From positions 80,921-144,920 of the forward strand of contig JACPKU010000006.1 in NCBI GenBank assembly GCA_016186915.1: 64,000 bases of DNA, given 5' to 3'. The notes beneath the pieces were generated by a model, which was given only the letters and a program-made list of their open reading frames with translations, did no database searches and had not been told where the DNA came from. This DNA is from Candidatus Doudnabacteria bacterium. Its GTDB lineage: Bacteria > Patescibacteriota > Doudnabacteria > UBA920 > O2-02-FULL-48-8. Position 1 is the first letter of the stretch, and every line of letters begins with the position of its first letter. Below, piece after piece: positions 49,166 through 59,115 of this stretch. Position numbers and translations under genes: made by a program.

Positions 49166-49302
49166 TTGTGATAGGTCAAGTATTTGTAATTATATATTAA
49201 AAACCCGGCCGCAACAACCCGGCCGGGCAGGGTTTGAGTATGGAGATATTCTGCTACTCGTGTTAGAATACGAAATAAGATAGCCAGGTCAAGGAGGTTA
49301 CT

Positions 49303-49506
49303 GTGCAAAATCGACAGCTCGTGCCGGAACCAGACGGGCCGATTAGGCCGGTGAGGCGCAGTAGTCGTTTCCGGGATCACGCCGAGGGTCACAGGCCCCA
49401 ACTCGTCCCCGAGCCAGACGGGCCGATTCGACCGATCCGACAACGCGGCAAGCAGTCAGGAGGTGTAGGAGGAAAGGATAGACTGTCCGACGATTTCGCC
49501 TTCTAA
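49303..49506 (+). CDS. small Pro-rich protein with internal direct repeat
   Basis: RBS aaggagg 6 nt before GTG 49303; QLVPEPDGPIRP repeated twice; followed by terminator. Confidence 0.4.
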   Translation: MQNRQLVPEPDGPIRPVRRSSRFRDHAEGHRPQLVPEPDGPIRPIRQRGKQSGGVGGKDRLSDDFAF

Positions 49507-49534
49507 CGAGGTAGTCCAAGTCTGTTGGGGAGGT

Positions 49535-49565
49535 GCTCACTGAATGATCGTTCAGTGAGTTTTTT
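49535..49565 (+). terminator. rho-independent terminator
   Basis: ctcactgaatgatcgttcagtgag + ttttttt. Confidence 0.75.
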
Positions 49566-49578
49566 TAACTTTTTACGG

Positions 49579-51585
49579 TTAAACCAAGAGAATGCCAACT
49601 AGTAAAAGCGCAACGATATTTATAATTTTTATCATGGGATTAATAGCCGGGCCGGCAGTGTCTTTGTATGGATCACCCACAGTGTCGCCAGTCACGGCTG
49701 CTTGATGGGCAAAAGATTTTTTACCGCCGTAATTTCCTTCTTCAATAAATTTTTTGGCATTGTCCCAAGCCGCGCCGCCGGAAGTCATAGAGATGGCCAC
49801 GAACAGACCGGTGATGATGGAGCCGACCAGCAAGCCGCCCAAGGCTTTGAAGCCCAAGAAAGGAGTAATGGCCACCAAGATTGGAACCACCACTGGGATC
49901 AGTGCCGGGATGATCATTTCTTTGATCGCGGCTTTAGTAACTATATCCACGGCGCGACCGTAATCCGGCTTGGCCGTACCCGCCATGATGCCCGGAATTT
50001 CTCGGAACTGTCGGCGCACTTCTTCCACCACGGCGTGCCCAGCCTTGCCCACGGCCTGCATGGCTAGAGAGCTAAACAGATAAGGAAGGAGGCCTCCGAT
50101 TACAAGTCCAGCGAGCACTCTGACATCGGATAGATCAAAACTAAGACTCCGTCCAAGCGCTCTAAGCTCTTCAGTATAAGAAGCAAACAGCACGACCGCA
50201 GCCAAGCCCGCGGAAGCAATGGCATAGCCTTTGGTCACGGCTTTGGTGGTGTTGCCAACGGCATCCAACGCATCAGTGGACTGCCGGACATTTTCCGGAA
50301 GACCGGCCATTTCCGCAATCCCGCCGGCATTGTCAGTGATTGGGCCGAAGGCATCGATTGCCACCACTATCCCGGCCATAGACAACATAGACACCACAGC
50401 AATGGCTGAACCATAAAGTCCGCCCAATTCGTGAGAGAGAATCACGCCACCGATGATCACCAGTACCGGCAGTGCGGTGGCTTGCATAGAAACCGCAAGC
50501 CCCGTGATGATGTTGGTGCCGTGTCCGGTGGTGGAAGCCTTGGCAATGTCCTGCACCGGCTTAAATTTTTTGGATGTGTAGTATTCAGTTATGATGACCA
50601 TCAGTGCGGTCACAGCAAGGCCAACCAGCGCGCTTAAGAAAAGCGGCCAGCCGATTTTATGGTTGTTGAACGTCTGTTTGGTGGCAAAGAAAAATCCCAC
50701 GGCTGCCAGTACGGCAGAAATAATCAAGCCTTTGTAAAGCGCGGCCATGATAGCGGATCCAGAGAGACGCACGAACAAACTTCCAATGATTGATGCGATA
50801 ATTGAGATGGCGCCAAGCGCCAGCGGATAGAGGACAAACAAGTTGTTATCTGGGAATAAAATACTGCCCAAAAGCATGGCTGCAATGGTGCTGACTGCGT
50901 AGGTTTCGAAAAGATCCGCGGCCATGCCCGCGTCATCGCCGACATTGTCGCCGACGTTGTCCGCAATTACCGCAGGATTTCTCGGGTCGTCTTCAGGAAT
51001 CCCGGCTTCGATTTTCCCGACCAAGTCAGCGCCGACGTCAGCACCTTTGGTAAAGATCCCGCCGCCGAGCCTGGCAAATACGGAGATCAAACTGCCGCCA
51101 AAACCCAAGCCGATCAAAGCTTTGATGTCACCGCCGGTAAAGTAATAAAACAGAGTCACTGAGAGAAGTCCCAATCCAACTACAAACAAGCCAGTTACAG
51201 CGCCGCCTTTGAAAGCCAAGCTAAAAGCGTTTTTCAGAGATGATTTAGCGGCTTCAGTGACACGGACATTGGCGCGCACCGCCACATACATTCCTATAAT
51301 TCCAGCCAAGGCTGAGGCTATTGCGCCGACTAAAAATCCTATCGTAGTAGCAAGTCCTAAGAAAAAATAAATTAACATTGCCAGGATCACAGCCACCAGG
51401 GCAATGGTTTTGTACTGGCGGGTAAGATATGCCGCCGCTCCTTCTTGGATAGCTGCGGCAATCTCTTGCATTTTGTCGCTCCCAGCTGGTTTGCTAAGCA
51501 CGATACGAGTGAGAACAATTCCGTAAGCCAGAGCGAAAATTGCGGATAAAACCGAGAGCCAGATAATATTTGCTTCTGTAAACAT
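49579..51585 (-). CDS. hppA: membrane-bound proton-translocating pyrophosphatase
   Basis: 668 aa, ~15 TM; [19 protein letters not shown] and DNVGDNVGD motifs of H+-PPase. Confidence 0.95.
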   Translation of the reverse strand: MFTEANIIWLSVLSAIFALAYGIVLTRIVLSKPAGSDKMQEIAAAIQEGAAAYLTRQYKTIALVAVILAMLIYFFLGLATTIGFLVGAIASALAGIIGMYVAVRANVRVTEAAKSSLKNAFSLAFKGGAVTGLFVVGLGLLSVTLFYYFTGGDIKALIGLGFGGSLISVFARLGGGIFTKGADVGADLVGKIEAGIPEDDPRNPAVIADNVGDNVGDDAGMAADLFETYAVSTIAAMLLGSILFPDNNLFVLYPLALGAISIIASIIGSLFVRLSGSAIMAALYKGLIISAVLAAVGFFFATKQTFNNHKIGWPLFLSALVGLAVTALMVIITEYYTSKKFKPVQDIAKASTTGHGTNIITGLAVSMQATALPVLVIIGGVILSHELGGLYGSAIAVVSMLSMAGIVVAIDAFGPITDNAGGIAEMAGLPENVRQSTDALDAVGNTTKAVTKGYAIASAGLAAVVLFASYTEELRALGRSLSFDLSDVRVLAGLVIGGLLPYLFSSLAMQAVGKAGHAVVEEVRRQFREIPGIMAGTAKPDYGRAVDIVTKAAIKEMIIPALIPVVVPILVAITPFLGFKALGGLLVGSIITGLFVAISMTSGGAAWDNAKKFIEEGNYGGKKSFAHQAAVTGDTVGDPYKDTAGPAINPMIKIINIVALLLVGILLV

Positions 51586-51664
51586 AAATAAATTGATTAA
51601 TTGAGGCTTTTATGATTATAGCAAAAAATGTATAATAATTCTATTGATGCAACCCGTCTATTAT

Positions 51665-51738
51665 TGGGGAGTAGCCAAGCGGTAAGGCAACGGACTCTGA
51701 ATCCGTCATCGTAGGTTCGATCCCTACCTCCCCAGCCA
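51665..51738 (+). tRNA. tRNA-Gln (anticodon CUG)
   Basis: UGGGGAG acceptor / CUCCCCA, D-arm GCCAAGCGGUAAGGC, anticodon stem ACGGA/UCCGU loop CUCUGAA, T-arm GUAGGUUCGAUCCCUAC, encoded CCA; near-identical in architecture to E. coli tRNA-Gln. Confidence 0.85.
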
Positions 51739-51852
51739 AAAAAAAGATTTTCCGTTTTTAATCATAAAAAAATGGCTCATCTCATGGGGAGGTGAGCCAA
51801 TCCAGAATGGGCGGGAACCCGTACAACGCGATTGCAAACGCGTTGACCTCCT

Positions 51853-52116
51853 TCAGTGCGTTCTGGCCAGCTCGCGGACCTTCGCGGCCACACTTTCCGG
51901 CAGGATCACGTCCTCGTCGAGCTGAACCAGTTCGTCCCAGGTCAGGTCAAATTCTTCCTTCAGCGTGAGGCTGATGGTGACCATGTGGTCATAAGCCTCT
52001 TTCCAGCCGCTGGGGTCGAGGTATCTGTAGGTTCCGATTTCCGTCACCACCAATATCAGCGGCGCGGCTCGCTCCGCTGCGACCCTGAACGCATCGAGCA
52101 TCTCTCCATAGGTCAC
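51853..52116 (-). CDS. hypothetical protein (GC-rich island)
   Basis: RBS gaaggagg 4-7 nt before GTG; 87 aa acidic. Confidence 0.4.
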   Translation of the reverse strand: MTYGEMLDAFRVAAERAAPLILVVTEIGTYRYLDPSGWKEAYDHMVTISLTLKEEFDLTWDELVQLDEDVILPESVAAKVRELARTH

Positions 52117-52136
52117 GTCTTTCCTCCTTCTCTCGG

Positions 52137-52616
52137 TCAGCGGCGGGCGTAGGACGGTGCCTCTGGTTTTTCCTGCCGGCGTTGTTCACTCTGGTTCTCC
52201 AGCGGATCGCCATCAGTTTTGCCATACGCCGACCGTACCTCGTCGAATTGGTCTTGCAGTATCTGAGCTTGGCGAGAGTCTTGCGACAGATACCTGGCTC
52301 TCGGAGTTGACTCGGACCCGGCCGTGTAGTTGAAGTGATCCACTACAGGCTCTGGCGCCTCCACAATGGCGACTTCTTCGCACCACGTGTCATTGTCTAG
52401 ACAGAAGACGCTATACTTGTCGAGCACGTTGTCTTCGCCCAGATCCAAGTACACCCGAAGGATGTTGTTTTTCTCCACCATACGGAAGTCTGTGAACTCC
52501 ACGCCCAGCGGTCTGCCAGAGTGTTCGTCAGTGAGCAGCTCCCGCTTGATCCCTGGGGACGCACAGCCACTGACCAAAAGCGCCAGGCCGAGCAGGCAGT
52601 TGTATCTATTTTTCAT
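52137..52616 (-). CDS. lipoprotein (hypothetical)
   Basis: MKNRYNCLLGLALLVSGC lipobox; RBS aaggagg 8 nt before ATG 52616; track ORF extends further upstream without support. Confidence 0.55.
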   Translation of the reverse strand: MKNRYNCLLGLALLVSGCASPGIKRELLTDEHSGRPLGVEFTDFRMVEKNNILRVYLDLGEDNVLDKYSVFCLDNDTWCEEVAIVEAPEPVVDHFNYTAGSESTPRARYLSQDSRQAQILQDQFDEVRSAYGKTDGDPLENQSEQRRQEKPEAPSYARR

Positions 52617-52812
52617 TAGCCGATCCTCCTTGCGAATAAGTAAGTTTAACACGTCTCTTACCCGGACAGCAAAAGGATCAAAGTCGGACGACCGGACAAG
52701 CCGCGGCGGTCTCAAGCTCCGAACCCTCTTAAGGTCCGGAGTTTTTTTGACTATAAAATTTTTCCCTGATAAGCTGGTTTCATTATGCCACTGTCCTGAA
52801 GGAGGAAAGGCC

Positions 52813-53397
52813 ATGAAGTTCACAGCTGAAAGTCCAGCCGAGTACTTCCGAGGGCTGGTAGAAAGTGCGATCGAACAACAGCGGATTCCGGCTAGTCAGT
52901 CGGCCAGGTATTATCTGACCAACTTGCTTTGCGGCTATGTGAGTCCAAGTACGGCCGGGACCTTACTGCCGTTTGAGGATGAGCTGCTAGTGATCAGACT
53001 GTGTCGGGCTTTGTCCGCCGGCGGGAGGGTGCAGCGCACGGAGCTGCGCCTGCTTGGCGACGTATCGTTGTTCGCGGCAGGATACTTTTCGGACAGTTTC
53101 CGCCGCAAACTGGTGGATGTGGATTATTACATAACGCTCGGCGGCTGCGCCTACACCGCACTCAGCCAGGCTGGACGGCGGGCGACGAATGGGTTGTTCG
53201 CTGAGCTGGCAGACAAGTTCGTCTCGTTCGCTGACGTTTTAGCAGACGTCAGCGAACAAAGCGGACTGACCTCCAACCGTGATTTACTGCGTCTCTACGA
53301 ACGGTGGCTGAAAACCAGAAGCTTACGGGATGCAAGGAAGCTTGCACAGCGGGGGATTACTCCAAATCTCACGTTGCGCAGTCTGCGAGTGCAGTAA
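52813..53397 (+). CDS. hypothetical protein (GC-rich island)
   Basis: RBS aggagg before ATG 52813; followed by repeated terminator hairpin. Confidence 0.5.
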   Translation: MKFTAESPAEYFRGLVESAIEQQRIPASQSARYYLTNLLCGYVSPSTAGTLLPFEDELLVIRLCRALSAGGRVQRTELRLLGDVSLFAAGYFSDSFRRKLVDVDYYITLGGCAYTALSQAGRRATNGLFAELADKFVSFADVLADVSEQSGLTSNRDLLRLYERWLKTRSLRDARKLAQRGITPNLTLRSLRVQ

Positions 53398-53412
53398 GCG
53401 GAAGACCTCTCA

Positions 53413-53450
53413 CCCTTGCTTGGCTCACCCCAAGCAAGGGCTTTTTTTTT
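53413..53450 (+). terminator. rho-independent terminator (repeated element copy 1)
   Basis: cccttgcttggctcaccccaagcaaggg + ttttttttt; identical hairpin at 53885..53912. Confidence 0.8.
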
Positions 53451-53555
53451 GCTGAGATTGATATCAACGGCGCTTCAACTGGCGGCAGCTGTTATTGACC
53501 GCTCTTGATAACGGTTGTATTATTTGGATATCCAATCTTCCAGCAGGAGGAAACC

Positions 53556-53855
53556 ATGAGTAGAATTGCCGTGCTCGAACGGGAAGAAGTCGTCGCGAGA
53601 GAGGTGCGCACGCCTGTTCAAGATCCGCCGCGTCCCGCAGCACCTCCACTGTATCGGCCTGATGGGCCGTCCGAGCCTGGGGATCTGCCGCTCAACGATC
53701 CCGCTTGGCAGCGCCTCGATGCCATGCGCGAAGAAGCGGGGCGACGAGGAATCAGCCAGGAGGAGCTGGCCTTGATGGACCACGGGTTCTGCCCCAAGCA
53801 GATCGACAAGCAGATCGGCAACCTGCGCCTCTGGCTCCGCAACCACCCGGCCTGA
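53556..53855 (+). CDS. hypothetical Pro-rich protein
   Basis: RBS aggagg 5 nt before ATG 53556; followed by second copy of the terminator hairpin. Confidence 0.45.
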   Translation: MSRIAVLEREEVVAREVRTPVQDPPRPAAPPLYRPDGPSEPGDLPLNDPAWQRLDAMREEAGRRGISQEELALMDHGFCPKQIDKQIGNLRLWLRNHPA

Positions 53856-53884
53856 CGCGCGCGTCGGCGCCGTCATCCCGTCCG

Positions 53885-53920
53885 CCCTTGCTTGGCTCAC
53901 CCCAAGCAAGGGTGTTTTAT
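53885..53920 (+). terminator. terminator (repeated element copy 2)
   Basis: Same 28-nt hairpin followed by gttttatt. Confidence 0.7.
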
Positions 53921-54018
53921 TGATTTTTTTAGCATTCCGTGGCATTATTTAGTTAAGCAATTAATAGTATTATGAAAATCCGCCGAAGCTCGAAGAGCCA
54001 AGTCACAAGCTCAATTTT

Positions 54019-54711
54019 ATGGGAGAAAACAAAAAAAAACCGCATCCAGCCGAAGGTCATAGAGGAAGATTAAGAGAAAGGTTTATACAAAGTGGGTTAG
54101 ATGCTTTTCTTGATTATGAAATTATTGAGCTGCTTTTGACTCTAGGCACTCCCCGAAAAGATTGTAAACAAATGGCAAAAGAGTTAATAAAAAAGTTTGG
54201 AGGTCTTAGAGAAGTGCTTGATGCATCACAACAAGAACTTTCTAAAACCGAAGGCATTGGCCTTATGAATTCTTTCGGATTAAAGCTTTTTCAATCAATG
54301 GCTGAGAGATATGAGCGTGAGAAAATTGTTCAGAAAATTGTTCTCGAGACGCCTCAAAAAGTTGCTAAATATTTACAAGAGAAAATCGGGAGAGAAGAAA
54401 AAGAGCATTTCATTACATTGTGTCTTGATACGAAAAATAATCTTATCAAAATAATCGAAATTTCGATTGGCACATTAAATGAAAGTCTGGTTCATCCAAG
54501 AGAAATCTTTAAAGAAGCTGTGGTAAATCACGCCGCTCAAGTTATAGTTTCCCATAACCATCCTTCAGGCGATATCCAGCCCTCGAGTCAGGATTTATTA
54601 GTCACAAAGCGGTTAGTAGAAGTAGGTAAAATTTTAGGAATTGAACTTTTGGATCATATTATAGTAAGTCGGAGTAACTTTTTGAGTTTTAGAGAGCAGA
54701 ATCTAATTTAA
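54019..54711 (+). CDS. radC: RadC-like JAB/MPN domain protein
   Basis: HhH N-domain; JAMM motif HNHPSG...S.QD. Confidence 0.8.
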   Translation: MGENKKKPHPAEGHRGRLRERFIQSGLDAFLDYEIIELLLTLGTPRKDCKQMAKELIKKFGGLREVLDASQQELSKTEGIGLMNSFGLKLFQSMAERYEREKIVQKIVLETPQKVAKYLQEKIGREEKEHFITLCLDTKNNLIKIIEISIGTLNESLVHPREIFKEAVVNHAAQVIVSHNHPSGDIQPSSQDLLVTKRLVEVGKILGIELLDHIIVSRSNFLSFREQNLI

Positions 54712-54716
54712 TTTTT

Positions 54717-55070
54717 ATGCCTAAATCCGAAATAAAGAAATTGACAAAAAAGATAGTTGCATTCCGCGATGCTCGAAACTGGAAACAATTCCATAATCCT
54801 AAAGATATGGTCTTGTCCCTGGTGCTGGAAGCCGCGGAAGTAGCCGAGCATTTTCAATGGAAAAACGCAAAAGAGATGCAAGAATATATTAAAGAACATA
54901 GGAACGATATTGGAGAAGAGCTGGCTGATGCGTTTTATTGGGTACTCTTAATCTCGAATGATCTAAATATAGATTTAGAGCAGGCGTTTAACAAAAAGAT
55001 GAAGCAGAACAAAAAAAAATATCCTGTAAGCAAAGCAAAAGGTAGACATGACAAGTATACGAAGTTATAA
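54717..55070 (+). CDS. MazG-like nucleoside triphosphate pyrophosphohydrolase
   Basis: EAAEVAEHFQW...ELADAFYWVLLISNDLNIDLEQA MazG-type EExxE/D motifs; 117 aa. Confidence 0.7.
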   Translation: MPKSEIKKLTKKIVAFRDARNWKQFHNPKDMVLSLVLEAAEVAEHFQWKNAKEMQEYIKEHRNDIGEELADAFYWVLLISNDLNIDLEQAFNKKMKQNKKKYPVSKAKGRHDKYTKL

Positions 55071-55072
55071 CC

Positions 55073-56929
55073 ATGAGACTATACGAAGGCACTGTTCAAG
55101 ATTTTAATTATAATGTTTCTCACAATCAGATTGCAGATAAGGTCGCTGAAGCCTACGCCACTTATTATAAAAAAAGACCTGCTGAATCTGAGTACCGTTC
55201 TTGGCAACAATCGTTGAGTCTTTTTAATTATGCATTGATAAATAGTGGTTTGACTTCAAACTGGATTATTATAGAGTACGAATTGCCCTATTCAACCAGA
55301 AGAATTGATGTCTTACTTTTTGGCAAAGGTCATGAAAATAAGGATAATATTGTTCTTATTGAACTGAAACAGTGGTCGAACGAACACGTTCACGATAGTA
55401 CTGTTGAGGGTAATATTGTTGTAGATTATGGAATTTTTAAACGTGAGGTGGCCCATCCCTCCTTACAAGTCCAAGGATACCATTTTGATTTAATAGATTT
55501 CTTTAAAATATTTGAAGAAAAAAAATCGCCTCAATTGAATTCGTGTGTATACTGCCATAACTATTCGAAAAGTAACGGAGAAAAAGTCCTTTTTTATCCT
55601 AAATTTGAGAAGCTTATAGAGAAGTATAAAGTTTTCAGCAAAGAAGATGCCGCGGACTTAGGTGAATATTTAAAATACAGATTAAGCCAAGGAGAGGGAC
55701 TTGAAGTTTTTAACCGATTTATTCACAGTCAAATAAGACCTACTAAGAAGTTGCTTGATCACACAAGCGAAATGATAAATAAGCAACAGATTTTCACACT
55801 GATTGATGACCAAATCGCTGCTTACAATGGAATAATGCACAAGGCCAAACAGTTAGTTAAGCTGAAAGTGAAATCAGTAATCATTGTGAAGGGCGGACCT
55901 GGCACCGGCAAATCTGTAATTGCTTTGGAGGTGATGGGAGAATTATTGAGACGAGGGTACGTAGTATTTCATGCTACAGGCTCGTCAGCATTTACAAACA
56001 CCTTACGTAAGGTAGTTGGTAGCAGAGCGAATAAATTATTCAAATTTTTCTTTAATTTTACGCAGGAAAAAGAAAATTCGATTGATGTAATTGTGTGTGA
56101 TGAAGCGCATAGATTGCGCGCACATAGTAATGATTATGGTGTACCTTTTAAATTTAGATCTAAAAATCCTCAAATAGAGGATATAATAAAGCCCGCCAAA
56201 CTTTCGGTTTTTTTCCTTGATGAATTCCAAGTCGTAAGGCCAAAGGAAATTGGAAGTGTGGATTTAATCAGAGGAGCAGCAAAAATTTTAAGTGTTAATG
56301 ATTCAAACATTCTTGAGTATGAGTTAAAAACCCAATTTCGTTGCTCCGGTTCTGATGCTTATTTACAGTGGTTAGATAAGATTTTTGGTATACGCGATAC
56401 AGAGATAACTCAATTCGATAAGAAAATGGAATTTAAAATTTTTGATTCTCCAACTTTGCTTAAAACTGCCATTGATGCAAAAAACCTTGAAAAACCTAAC
56501 TCAGCTAGGATAACAGCTGGTTTCTGCTGGCCATGGAGTGAACCAAGGCCGGACGGTAGTTTGGTCAACGATGTCAAAATCGGTAATTTTGAAATGCCAT
56601 GGGAAAATAAAAAGGAGTTTTGGAAATGGGCGACAGATACAAGTGGTCAAGAACAAGTTGGTACAGTTTATACTGCTCAGGGATTTGAATTCGAATACAT
56701 CGGGGTAATTATTGGAAACGATTTAGTTTATGATCGTGTGACAAAAAAATGGAAAGCAATTCCTGAAAACTCTTACGATAAAGCGGTTGTAAGAAATAAT
56801 CAGGAATTAACGCAACATTTAAAACATGTTTACCGCGTTTTGTTGTCCAGAGCTCATAAAGGAGTATATGTTTATTTTATGGATAAAAACACCGAAGAGT
56901 ATTTTAAGATAAGTTTAGAAAATCGATGA
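55073..56929 (+). CDS. PD-(D/E)xK nuclease fused to DUF2075 (Schlafen group-3-like) SF1 helicase/ATPase
   Basis: N-terminal RRIDVLLFGKG...IVLIELKQW (D...ELK nuclease motif); Walker A GGPGTGKS, Walker B VIVCDEAHRL, motif VI-like TVYTAQGFEFEYIGVIIGND characteristic of DUF2075. Confidence 0.65.
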   Translation: MRLYEGTVQDFNYNVSHNQIADKVAEAYATYYKKRPAESEYRSWQQSLSLFNYALINSGLTSNWIIIEYELPYSTRRIDVLLFGKGHENKDNIVLIELKQWSNEHVHDSTVEGNIVVDYGIFKREVAHPSLQVQGYHFDLIDFFKIFEEKKSPQLNSCVYCHNYSKSNGEKVLFYPKFEKLIEKYKVFSKEDAADLGEYLKYRLSQGEGLEVFNRFIHSQIRPTKKLLDHTSEMINKQQIFTLIDDQIAAYNGIMHKAKQLVKLKVKSVIIVKGGPGTGKSVIALEVMGELLRRGYVVFHATGSSAFTNTLRKVVGSRANKLFKFFFNFTQEKENSIDVIVCDEAHRLRAHSNDYGVPFKFRSKNPQIEDIIKPAKLSVFFLDEFQVVRPKEIGSVDLIRGAAKILSVNDSNILEYELKTQFRCSGSDAYLQWLDKIFGIRDTEITQFDKKMEFKIFDSPTLLKTAIDAKNLEKPNSARITAGFCWPWSEPRPDGSLVNDVKIGNFEMPWENKKEFWKWATDTSGQEQVGTVYTAQGFEFEYIGVIIGNDLVYDRVTKKWKAIPENSYDKAVVRNNQELTQHLKHVYRVLLSRAHKGVYVYFMDKNTEEYFKISLENR

Positions 56930-56985
56930 AAAAGTTTATAAACTTTATGGTTTGATTGAAAAAGAAATTAATATAATCAAGGCTA

Positions 56986-57489
56986 ATGACTAAATTGAAC
57001 ATAAGAATAAAAATCCGAAAATACGGTTTGAAAGTTATTGGCTTTCTGTTTCTTATATATATTAACAGCTTTTTAGATAAGATATTTGAGCCCTTAAATG
57101 AGTATTTAATCAATACATCAAAAACATTTCCAGTATTAAAGATATTAGATTTTTTTGTATCAATTCTAGCACTGGAAATTCCAATTTATTCCTTGTTAAT
57201 AGCCCTGTCAGTTATTTGGATCGTATTTAAAATTTACTTGTTCGTAAGAGTTCGTCGGAATAAATTACAAATTCTCACGGCAATCTATGGTAAAAATAGT
57301 AGAATTGTAGAAATTACTAATCAATTAAATAATCTTGTAGAAAATGATAAATTGAAAGTTGTATTATCGAATGCCTTGGCGGGTGATCCACTCTACGGGA
57401 AACCAAAGATGGGGAAGGTAAAATATCAATATAATGGAAAAATTTCAGAGAAGGAATATATTGAAGGCGAAACTATAGAACTTCCATGA
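56986..57489 (+). CDS. hypothetical membrane protein
   Basis: 3 hydrophobic segments; AT-rich island. Confidence 0.4.
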   Translation: MTKLNIRIKIRKYGLKVIGFLFLIYINSFLDKIFEPLNEYLINTSKTFPVLKILDFFVSILALEIPIYSLLIALSVIWIVFKIYLFVRVRRNKLQILTAIYGKNSRIVEITNQLNNLVENDKLKVVLSNALAGDPLYGKPKMGKVKYQYNGKISEKEYIEGETIELP

Positions 57490-57537
57490 GGGATTCATTG
57501 ATTTGAATTTTTTTATTTATTAAGCTAATCTTTGTTT

Positions 57538-57756
57538 ATGGCAAGAGTAACTTTCGACACAATTTTCGCAAGTCATACGGAAGATAATTCATATGAACCT
57601 CGTCAAAGAATAAGGGTGGGTTCTGTTGAATTTGGGCCAGGAGTTAGATTTACCAGAGGAGTTGCCTTTGGTGGTGTAGAATTTGACCAGGTTATTGGTC
57701 ACGAACTTGAAGTCGAGACCCAAGGAGACTTATTAGTCATTAAAGGCGTTTATTGA
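57538..57756 (+). CDS. small hypothetical protein
   Basis: ATG 57538 (MARVTFD...) inside track ORF. Confidence 0.3.
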   Translation: MARVTFDTIFASHTEDNSYEPRQRIRVGSVEFGPGVRFTRGVAFGGVEFDQVIGHELEVETQGDLLVIKGVY

Positions 57757-57757
57757 A

Positions 57758-58054
57758 ATGGCGAAGGAAGATTTAAAAATAAAATTTAATGACCCAGAAG
57801 ATTTCATTAAAAGATTTGATAGGCTTTTTTATTTCGTAGTTGGAGCAATGTTAATCGGTTTTCTTTCTCTGTTGTTTATGGTGGCCGGGTTGGTTGTTGA
57901 CTCTTGGCGTTTTAATTCCACCGTCTATAAAGAGTCAAAATTATTAAAACTTCAAGAAGATATAATAAATCAAAATTTTGAACAGCAGAAACTTAATTCT
58001 AATACCCTTGAATCTATAAAACAGCAGTTACTAGAGATGAAAACCAAACAGTAA
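57758..58054 (+). CDS. small membrane protein
   Basis: One TM helix then coiled-coil-like tail; followed by terminator ccgcagcttggtcgctgcgg + T-run (58093..58125). Confidence 0.4.
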   Translation: MAKEDLKIKFNDPEDFIKRFDRLFYFVVGAMLIGFLSLLFMVAGLVVDSWRFNSTVYKESKLLKLQEDIINQNFEQQKLNSNTLESIKQQLLEMKTKQ

Positions 58055-58148
58055 TAGCACTGTAGTAATTTAATTTCCCCAACTATTAAAAACCGCAGCT
58101 TGGTCGCTGCGGCTTTTAATTTTTTATTTTCATTTCTAATAAGGTTAA

Positions 58149-58373
58149 TTAACCTTTCGGAGGATACGGGTCATGCTGGTAGGTATTGCGTTCACGGATT
58201 TTACCGTCTCGGCCGTGAATGAATACCTCACCGCCGCCTTGATTGATTGCAGTTTGCCGCGCGACTCTGAAGGCGTCTTGTTGATCATCCATAACGATTG
58301 TGTCTCGATCAGCGTTTGCGCGACGAACCGCCCACTGGTTGTGGCCGCGGTATACGACGTGTTGGTTAGCCAT
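58149..58373 (-). CDS. DUF2188 domain protein
   Basis: ...GGEVFIHGRDGKIRERNTYQHDPYPPKG matches DUF2188 C-terminal signature (HGRDG..R....G.DP.PPKG). Confidence 0.65.
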   Translation of the reverse strand: MANQHVVYRGHNQWAVRRANADRDTIVMDDQQDAFRVARQTAINQGGGEVFIHGRDGKIRERNTYQHDPYPPKG

Positions 58374-58503
58374 AACTATTCCTTTCTTCCGCTAATTATT
58401 CGACCTTTATTTTGGTTTCGGATTTTTAGGCCTCCACCATACATTAATTTTATGACTCGAAAGTAAAATAGTCAATAACACTGGTATTGACTATTAAAAC
58501 TGA

Positions 58504-59115
58504 ATGCATATAATAACTTCAAAGGCGGCTTTTGCCGCTATTCAATTTTTTATGAATAAACATTTAGAACCGATTTTTAGAAAAGTATTACCAGCTTTAG
58601 ATGAAGCTGATATTGATTACTGGGTTTACGGTGGTGTGGCCATTGCCGGTATAGAAGGGGATTTTTATCGGTATAATGAAGATGTCGATATTTTTATTTT
58701 TGATAATGATTATCAGCGAACCTTGGAAGTAATTGAAAATCTGAATTATAATTGGAGTAAAGTCAAACACGCAAAACTCCTTAATGGAATACGTCCAAAA
58801 GAGGAATACTTTGTTAAGGATCAAAAGGAAGATATATTTTCGGTAATCCCAGTCTATAAAATTAATGATAATAAAATTAAGTTTGTTTATTCCAAAGATT
58901 TAGTTCCAGTCAACCCACTAACTCGAGAAAAGAGAATCATTGGAAGTTATACATTTTTTACCCCTGGCAGTGAGTTTATCAAAGAACAGTTTATCCATAA
59001 AATAAAAGGGAAAATTTTCAAACAGGCGGAATTATCGGAAAATGAGGAAAAGGATGCCGAGGTTTTGTTCGGTCCCGATTATTTAAAAACAATAACTGCT
59101 TTAGTTCATTCCTGA
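58504..59115 (+). CDS. nucleotidyltransferase-fold protein (hypothetical)
   Basis: YGGVAIAGIEGDFYRYNEDVDIFIF resembles minimal NTase GG...DhD motif. Confidence 0.4.
   Translation: MHIITSKAAFAAIQFFMNKHLEPIFRKVLPALDEADIDYWVYGGVAIAGIEGDFYRYNEDVDIFIFDNDYQRTLEVIENLNYNWSKVKHAKLLNGIRPKEEYFVKDQKEDIFSVIPVYKINDNKIKFVYSKDLVPVNPLTREKRIIGSYTFFTPGSEFIKEQFIHKIKGKIFKQAELSENEEKDAEVLFGPDYLKTITALVHS

Noticed and set aside
49702-51145. Plus-strand ORFs inside hppA (49702..50067, 50231..50416, 50431..50637, 50924..51145)
   Set aside because: Antisense to the highly conserved H+-pyrophosphatase gene.
51740-51850. att-site-like repeat of the tRNA-Gln 3' end
   Set aside because: Only a 9-nt inverted match (ggggaggt) was found; no direct repeat at either island boundary.
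52366-52812. Upstream 149 codons of track ORF 52366..53397
   Set aside because: Overlaps the minus-strand lipoprotein gene. A strong aggagg RBS and ATG at 52813 mark the real start.
53520-53945. 141-aa minus-strand ORF and other overlapping frames 53566..53923
   Set aside because: GC-rich region gives open frames on all strands. The plus-strand gene has RBS and terminator support.
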